64,000 nucleotides of DNA from an uncultured delta proteobacterium. GTDB lineage: Bacteria; Myxococcota_A; Polyangia; Polyangiales; Houyiibacteriaceae. The stretch spans positions 1,408,001-1,472,000 of the forward strand of contig CAVOVB010000001.1 in assembly GCA_963699755.1 (NCBI GenBank), read 5' to 3'. The notes beneath the pieces were generated by a model that saw nothing but the letters and a program-made list of their open reading frames with translations, had not been told where the DNA came from and ran no database searches. The translations under genes were made by a program, and so were the position numbers. The first letter of the stretch is position 1. The number at the start of each line of letters is the position of its first letter. This document shows, piece after piece, positions 58,117-64,000 of this stretch.

Positions 58117-59499
58117 TCACAGCGTCCAGTCCCGACCCAGAATCCCCGGCGGCCTGGGAACGCCGAAGGCTCCCAAGATCGTTGGCGTCACGTCGTAGAT
58201 CTCCGCTCCCTCGACGCAGCCCCGCGCCGGAATGCCTCCTCCGCTCATGACGAAGATGCCCTCCCAATCGTGGTTGCAGCCGTCGAGTCCCGTGTCGTTC
58301 TCGTCGACCACGATCCGACCTGTGCCGACCGAGCCGATCGCGCGTAGCTTCAGCTCATCGAAGTAGACCATCAGGTCCGGAGGGAAGCCCCGGGCTCGCT
58401 TGTAGTATTCTTCAGGAGCTCGCACCAAGACCGGAACCCGTTCACCCTCGTCGTTTCGCACATGCTCGAGCTCTCGACGGAGCTCATCTCGAACTGCTCG
58501 AGCTCGTTCGGGCGCAACGATTCCATTGCGCTCACGCCCTGCGACGTTGAGAAAGATCCTCGCGTAGTAGCCGCCCTCGGCCCAGGCAGTCGTTTGCGAC
58601 CAATCCACGAGCGAGTGGTCGAGCGAGATCGACGCCGAGGGCCGATCTCGAAGACGTAAGTATCCCTTCTCGATCAACCAATCATTGATGCAAAACCCTC
58701 CGTGCATCGCGCGCGCTCCATGGTCGCTGACGACCATCACGGAGGTGTCGTCGTCGGCCAAAGCGCAGAGCCGTCCGATCCGGGCATCGAGGAGCTGGTA
58801 GTATTTTGGGCCAAGGTCTTTCCAAGGATTCGCGGCTTCGTGGCGCGGATGCTCCGAATCGATGTGACGCCAAAATGCGTGGTGAAAACGATCGACGCCG
58901 ATTTCGACCAGCATCATGAAGCCCGGTTCCTGATCGCACCAGATCTGCTCCGCGATATCGAAGTGTTGCTCGGTCATCGCGACGATGTCTCGGTAGATCC
59001 GGTCTAGATCGTCATCGCGGAAGTTTTCTACGTCCGCGCGGTACCGTCCGAACCGCTCGATGAGCTCGGTTTCGAGTGAACGGGGAAAACACCAGGGCGC
59101 ATCGCCTCCTGGCCACATGAAGCCCGACACCATTTGGCCATGCACCGGCGTTGGGGGCGAGGTCAACGGCACGAAAAGTGGAGCAACGCGACGGCCATGT
59201 TCGCCCAGCCAATCCCAGACACGTTTGACGCGAACATCGTTTCCGTCAACCAAACGCAAGCGAGTTTCACCTGGAACGCGATTTCGGAATCCATACAAAC
59301 CGAGCTCGCCCGCGTCGCGTCCGGAGAGCATGCAGGTCCACGCGGGCACGGTGATGGGCGGCTCCGTGCTCCGCAGCCTTCCCCATGTCCCGCGGTCCAT
59401 GAGCGCGGAGAGGTTCGGCATCGCGTCGCGATAGCGCTCAAACACCAGCTCGGGCGCAGCGCAGTCCAGACCGACCACCATCATTCGCATCTGGCTCAT
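58117..59499 (-). CDS. Alkaline phosphatase superfamily protein (nucleotide pyrophosphatase/phosphodiesterase-like)
   Basis: 'VGLDCA', 'PPITVPAW', 'DRFHH', 'SDHG', 'NHDWEG', 'DVTPTIL'; GAGGA RBS. Confidence 0.88.
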   Translation of the reverse strand: MSQMRMMVVGLDCAAPELVFERYRDAMPNLSALMDRGTWGRLRSTEPPITVPAWTCMLSGRDAGELGLYGFRNRVPGETRLRLVDGNDVRVKRVWDWLGEHGRRVAPLFVPLTSPPTPVHGQMVSGFMWPGGDAPWCFPRSLETELIERFGRYRADVENFRDDDLDRIYRDIVAMTEQHFDIAEQIWCDQEPGFMMLVEIGVDRFHHAFWRHIDSEHPRHEAANPWKDLGPKYYQLLDARIGRLCALADDDTSVMVVSDHGARAMHGGFCINDWLIEKGYLRLRDRPSASISLDHSLVDWSQTTAWAEGGYYARIFLNVAGRERNGIVAPERARAVRDELRRELEHVRNDEGERVPVLVRAPEEYYKRARGFPPDLMVYFDELKLRAIGSVGTGRIVVDENDTGLDGCNHDWEGIFVMSGGGIPARGCVEGAEIYDVTPTILGAFGVPRPPGILGRDWTL

Positions 59500-59538
59500 C
59501 AGTTCCTCAGTAGCCTCTGCGTGCGAGTGGGCCTTGGT

Positions 59539-61173
59539 TCATCGAGGGTCGACGATATCAGCCGCTTCGTAGATTGTGCGCTCGAGGTGCACTAGGTCAA
59601 AAGGCTTTTCAATTCGGAGGTTTGGAACGCTTTGAAGGAAGTCCCTGGCCCGCTGGGTGAAGGCGCCTCCGGTCATGAACACGATGCGGTCATTCACTGG
59701 CGTCGCCCGTTGCAGGGCCGCTCGATAGACGTCCATGCCCGTCATCTCCGGCATGATCAGGTCACAGAGAATCACGTCGTAGGCATGCTGCCCCATGAGC
59801 GCGACCGCCTCGCGGCCGTCGTTGGCCGTTGTGACGTCGTGTTTGACGAGCGCCTTCTGAATGAGTCGCGCGATGACTGGCTCGTCGTCGACGACTAGAA
59901 GCGACAGCTTGCCCCGCGTCGCCCGCCGGACTGCGCTCATCGACGTAGGTGGAATCGAGAGGGGACGTTTCGGGCGCGGCGCCTTTGGCAAGACGACACG
60001 GGCGACCGTCCCTTGGCCGGGATGACTTTGAATCTCGATCGTGCCTTCGAGTGAATATACGATGCGTCGGCAGATGGAGAGCCCGAGTCCGGTTCCGCGT
60101 CCTGCGGGCTTCGTCGTCACGAAGGGATCGAAGATCCTGCGCAACAGCTGTGATGAAATGCCGGGTCCCGTGTCTTGAACCTCCACGCAAATCCGATCTG
60201 ATTCGGTGCTACGCGCGCGAACCGTGATGGTGTTCCGCGTTCGATCCCCTGGCTCGATCGCCTGCGCTGCGTTGACGATCAAATTCAGGAACACTTGACC
60301 GATGCGCGTTCTCGAGCCTTGAATGTACAGGTGACCTTCTTCGTACTCACGAACGATCCTGGCCCGGTGTTGCATCTCGGGCTGCGCCATTCGGATCGCC
60401 GCATCCAGGACCTGCTTGAGCTTGACCGTCTCGACCTCGACCCCGTCTCCGCCGTGCGACGACGAGGTGATTTCATTGGAGATTAGCCGTATCCGCTCCG
60501 CGCCTTCGTAGGCTTCGCGGATGAGCTCCGCGCCTTCGGGAGACAAGGGTTCGCCGGAATCTCGAATCGCCCGCAAATGGTTCCAAACGAAAGTGAGTGG
60601 GTTCTTGATCTCGTGAATGATGCTTGCGGTGAGTGTTCCAATCGCCGACATGCGTTCCGCCAACAAGAGACGTTGCTGAAGCTCGTGCTCGGCGCTCATG
60701 TCGGTGACGAAGACAATCGCACGATCGAAGCGCCCGTTCTCGCTTTCCACGAAACGCCAGTGCACGCGGACATCTCGCGGTTCTTGCGAGCAGGTCATAA
60801 TCGCAGTCTCGAGATGGACGTCGTGCTCGTTGCGGAAGGCGGCCATCAGAATGCGCAAAAAGTCGGACTTGGACTCGGCGGTCAGCAGCTCCCGAGACCG
60901 ACGGATGCACTCCTGCGCGCTTGCCGCGCCCACGAGTGAGACCGCACCAGCGCTCACCCGATGAATCCGGACTCGCTCTAGACACTCCCCGAGCGCTTCG
61001 GGATTGTTTCGCACCAACTGCTTGAATGCGTCGGCATCTCGACAGCTCTGCGCTTCAATCCAGTCGAGCGGACCTCTGAAGTCGAGATCCCACAGAGCGC
61101 TCGGCAGGAGCTCCCAGAGGCGTTCATCGCGCTGGGCTTCTGGCTCTTTCGATGGGCGGATGAGACGAACCAT
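59539..61173 (-). CDS. Hybrid sensor histidine kinase (PAS-like - HisKA - HATPase - receiver)
   Basis: H-box 'HEIKNPL', 'NLIVNA', 'DTGPGI', 'GTGLGL'; receiver 'VDDE','CDLIMP','TGG','KP'. Confidence 0.92.
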   Translation of the reverse strand: MVRLIRPSKEPEAQRDERLWELLPSALWDLDFRGPLDWIEAQSCRDADAFKQLVRNNPEALGECLERVRIHRVSAGAVSLVGAASAQECIRRSRELLTAESKSDFLRILMAAFRNEHDVHLETAIMTCSQEPRDVRVHWRFVESENGRFDRAIVFVTDMSAEHELQQRLLLAERMSAIGTLTASIIHEIKNPLTFVWNHLRAIRDSGEPLSPEGAELIREAYEGAERIRLISNEITSSSHGGDGVEVETVKLKQVLDAAIRMAQPEMQHRARIVREYEEGHLYIQGSRTRIGQVFLNLIVNAAQAIEPGDRTRNTITVRARSTESDRICVEVQDTGPGISSQLLRRIFDPFVTTKPAGRGTGLGLSICRRIVYSLEGTIEIQSHPGQGTVARVVLPKAPRPKRPLSIPPTSMSAVRRATRGKLSLLVVDDEPVIARLIQKALVKHDVTTANDGREAVALMGQHAYDVILCDLIMPEMTGMDVYRAALQRATPVNDRIVFMTGGAFTQRARDFLQSVPNLRIEKPFDLVHLERTIYEAADIVDPR

Positions 61174-61277
61174 GAGCTTGGCGCAAGAGTCCTTCCGGGC
61201 ACAAAGACATCGAATCCTAGCGAAGAGAGGGCTCCGCGCCTAGAAGGCGCCCGCGACAGCACCGGGGCCCAATGAAT

Positions 61278-62027
61278 TCAGGCGCGATCGCGTCCAAGGG
61301 CGCTCCGCGCCTCAAGAACCAGCGCTTCGACCTCTGCCCGAGCGATCCTCGCGGCAGCCCGAGCGTCGAGGCCCGGGGGCAGGTGCTCGCCCAGACGGAC
61401 CGCGATTCGAGTTCTCGGGCGCGCAGCGATCTTGGCAATGTGTGTGCCGAACGATTCCTTGCCGTACGGAATCGCTGGCGAGTAGGCGAGCCCAACGGGA
61501 ATGATCGGCACGCCAAGCGAAGCAACCGCCGCGAAGGCGCCCGGGTGAAACTCGTGGACGGAATCCCCGGGGAAGGTTCGGCCTTCGGGAAAGGCAACGA
61601 CCGTGCGTCCTTCTTTCGCTCGCCTTCGGATCTCACGCAGCGCCAGGGCGCCACTGCGGCGGTCTTCGCGGTCGACGAAGATCGTATCGCCGTGCTTTGC
61701 CAAGCGACCGAGCAGTGGCCAATCCGCCACGTCGTGCCGACTCACCAGGACCCCTTCGAAGAGATAGAGCATCACTGCGATGTCGAGCGCGCTCTGGTGA
61801 TTGGCGACGACCAAAGCCCCGCCAAGATGCCTGCGCTGACCAACGAGCAGGAGCTCCGCGCCGAAGACGCGCAGAATCCCGTCGGTCAAACGCCTGCGGT
61901 ACCGATTTGCGAGCACCTCTCGTCCCGACTCGGGGGTCATCGCCCTGTGGGTTTCGTAGGCCAAGAGAATGCTTGCGGAGTATCCGACGAAGGCGCCAGT
62001 GCGTAAGACGGCCCGCAGTTTGCTCAT
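61278..62027 (-). CDS. Lysophospholipid acyltransferase (PlsC-like)
   Basis: 'NHQSALD', 'IFVDR', 'FPEG', 'GAF'; GGAGG RBS before ATG 62027. Confidence 0.88.
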   Translation of the reverse strand: MSKLRAVLRTGAFVGYSASILLAYETHRAMTPESGREVLANRYRRRLTDGILRVFGAELLLVGQRRHLGGALVVANHQSALDIAVMLYLFEGVLVSRHDVADWPLLGRLAKHGDTIFVDREDRRSGALALREIRRRAKEGRTVVAFPEGRTFPGDSVHEFHPGAFAAVASLGVPIIPVGLAYSPAIPYGKESFGTHIAKIAARPRTRIAVRLGEHLPPGLDARAAARIARAEVEALVLEARSALGRDRA

Positions 62028-62085
62028 TTTCCCTCCTTCCGACTTTGGACTCGCGGAGCATCGGATTTGATGGCAGTCTCGGCTC

Positions 62086-62658
62086 GTGGCGGCATCACTT
62101 GCACCGGGTTTCCTCGTGGCGGCACCGTCGATGCGGTGCCCGTTTTTCAATCATACGCTCGTGCTCCTGATCGATCACGGGGATGAAGGCTCTTTTGGCT
62201 TCGTCGTCAATCGCGTGACCGAACTCCAGATCGAAGACGTCTTCAATGAAGTTGGCGTGACGGGAGATGCGGCTGCGAAAGTGAGCGCACCGGTCATGCT
62301 CGGTGGGCCGGTTTCCCCGGAGTCGGGTTGGATCCTCTACGACGTAGAAGGCGTTCCTCAGCCCTCGACGGGTCATACGATCGCGGTGAGCCCGCGCATC
62401 GCCTGCAGCGCATCGATCGAGCTCTTGGAGCGTATCGCCCGAGGAGATGGGCCCGACACCTGTGCGATGATCCTCGGCTACTCGGGATGGGGAGCAGGAC
62501 AACTCGAGAGTGAGATGAAGCAGGGGTCCTGGATTCCGGTCGACCTCGACTACGAAATCGTCTTCGACACGCCGATTGAAAAGCGCTGGGAAGCGGCGCT
62601 CGCGACCCTTGGAATCGACCCGGCTCGCTTCGTCGACAACCAAATCGCAAGCGCCTGA
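62086..62658 (+). CDS. yqgE: YqgE/AlgH family protein
   Basis: 'LVAAPSM..PFF', 'GFVVNR', 'GGPV', 'LGYSGWGAGQLESE...GSW'. Confidence 0.92.
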   Translation: MAASLAPGFLVAAPSMRCPFFNHTLVLLIDHGDEGSFGFVVNRVTELQIEDVFNEVGVTGDAAAKVSAPVMLGGPVSPESGWILYDVEGVPQPSTGHTIAVSPRIACSASIELLERIARGDGPDTCAMILGYSGWGAGQLESEMKQGSWIPVDLDYEIVFDTPIEKRWEAALATLGIDPARFVDNQIASA

Positions 62659-62725
62659 GACAGGCTCAATCGGCGAGAGGTCGGTCGCCTTGTTTCTAGC
62701 GGGGTCAGAGGCTAACTCAACCGCG

Positions 62726-63526
62726 ATGAGGTTTTGCCTCGACAACTCGATTTGGATCGCTCTGCTTGCGCTCGCTGCCGCCTGCGGTGGTAGCTCGGCG
62801 AGCTTGAGCAAGACCGGAAAGAGCACACTCGATCCCGGTGACGACGCGCGCACCGGCTACGAGAAGGCCTTGCTAAATTTTCGTCGCGGCGACTGTCTCT
62901 CCGCCGAGCCGACATTTCAAGAAATTCGGCGGGAGTTCCCCTACAGCCGCTTCGCGGCGCTCGCGGAGCTTCGCATCGGCGATTGCCAGTTCAAGAATGA
63001 AGCCTACCCCGAAGCGATCCAGACCTTTCGCCAGTTCGTCCGGATTCGCCCGTCTCACAAGGAGATTCCGTACGCGCGATTTCGAATCGCCGAGGCTTAC
63101 TACAATCAGATCCCCGGTGGCTGGTTCATGACGCCCCCGTCGAGCGAGCGCGATCAGAGCGCCGCTCGTGATGCGCTGATCCAGCTCCGCCGGTTCGTAG
63201 TGGACTACCCGGACGACCAGCGTGTTCCCGATGCCAACGCGCTCATGGAAAAATGCATGAGCCTGCTCGCCGCCCACGAGCTCTACGTGGCGCGCTTCTA
63301 CCTCAAGCGAAAAGCCTATCGAGGTGTGATTTCGCGGCTCAAAGTCCTGCTTACCTCATACCCGGGAGCCGACGTCGCGCCGCAGGCCCTGCTCCTTCTC
63401 GGGCAGGTCTACCTCCGGACCGACGAGCTGGAGGCGGCCCGGGAAGCCTTCAGCGAAATCGTTCAGCGCTTTCCCGGAAGCGATGAGGCCAAACGTGCCC
63501 AGACCCTGCTCGGCAAGATCGGCTGA
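62726..63526 (+). CDS. bamD: Outer membrane protein assembly factor BamD
   Basis: Lipobox AAAC; TPRs; 'FPYS', 'RPSH...PYA', 'RDQ', 'HELYVARFY'; start ATG 62726. Confidence 0.9.
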   Translation: MRFCLDNSIWIALLALAAACGGSSASLSKTGKSTLDPGDDARTGYEKALLNFRRGDCLSAEPTFQEIRREFPYSRFAALAELRIGDCQFKNEAYPEAIQTFRQFVRIRPSHKEIPYARFRIAEAYYNQIPGGWFMTPPSSERDQSAARDALIQLRRFVVDYPDDQRVPDANALMEKCMSLLAAHELYVARFYLKRKAYRGVISRLKVLLTSYPGADVAPQALLLLGQVYLRTDELEAAREAFSEIVQRFPGSDEAKRAQTLLGKIG

Positions 63527-63582
63527 AGGGCCCGAACGCGGATTTCTGGCCAGCGATCAGCCCGATCGTTACCTTCGGGCCC

Positions 63583-64000
63583 ATGGCTCCTTGGGCTCAA
63601 CAGATTCTAGACGCCGCGAACAAGCACTACGATCGCGCGGAGTACCCGCTTGCTCAGCCCTACTACGAGAAGCTCGTGCAGCAGGGACTACGATATCCCG
63701 ACGTGTTCAATCGACTGGGCGTCATTTATCACCTAAACGGTCGGCTTCCCGAAGCGCGCTGGTGCTTCGAGCAGGCGCTCGAGGTCAACTCCGGCTATCT
63801 CGAGGCCGCGCTCAACCTCACGGTGACCTGTAACGAGCTTGGCGCATATGGATCGGGTGCACGCACCTTGGAACGGGCTCAGCGCCAGTCCGACTCTTCC
63901 AGCGATGCCTACCGGCGCGGTAAGGTCGCCAATCTTCACCGTGCGCTCGCCCGGGCATACCTGGATCTGGACCGCCCGGAGGACGCGATGCACGAGTTTG
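63583..64000 (+). CDS. Tetratricopeptide repeat protein (3' end outside window)
   Basis: Not in the ORF track; my translation reads MAPWAQQILDAANKHYDRAEY...YPDVFNRLGVIYH..G....A...FEQALEVNSGYLEAALNL, open to the window end. Confidence 0.8.
   Translation, partial: MAPWAQQILDAANKHYDRAEYPLAQPYYEKLVQQGLRYPDVFNRLGVIYHLNGRLPEARWCFEQALEVNSGYLEAALNLTVTCNELGAYGSGARTLERAQRQSDSSSDAYRRGKVANLHRALARAYLDLDRPEDAMHEF

Overview
GC-rich bacterial chromosome segment. Gene content (FHA-hybrid kinase, Cys-rich and vWA lipoproteins with GGT linkers, lamin-tail lipoprotein, yqgE-bamD-TPR block) suggests a Myxococcota/Polyangia-type organism; this is an inference. About 60 CDSs; I found no rRNA, tRNA, CRISPR array, IS or prophage. 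Core genes: stand-alone fusA, mreB-mreC-mreD-mrdA-rodA, yqgE, bamD. Most interesting loci: (1) 17.4-22.3 kb, a three-gene operon (lipoprotein thermonuclease+OB fold, triple lamin-tail lipoprotein, helix-hairpin-helix/outer-membrane barrel protein) that looks like a surface DNA-harvesting system; (2) 40.6-48.9 kb, a TetR + 2 TRAP binding proteins + intact/degenerate class II aldolase pair + FGGY kinase + sphingosine-1-phosphate lyase + DUF1295 cluster, a candidate sphingoid-base catabolic pathway; (3) 3.7-8.0 kb, Chloroflexus-type malyl-CoA lyase + Mcl2-like enzyme + divergent SucCD-like ligase + ferredoxin; (4) an orphan adenine methyltransferase coupled to an FHA-hybrid kinase. Non-coding signals: four TetR-type operators at 25.55-25.68 kb, an RBS-sequestering hairpin at 46.08-46.14 kb, and repeated TAnnnT-N6/7-start (leaderless-type) gene starts. 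All family calls come from motif recognition by eye, not database searches. Several start codons were moved from the ORF track using RBS, overlap or motif evidence.
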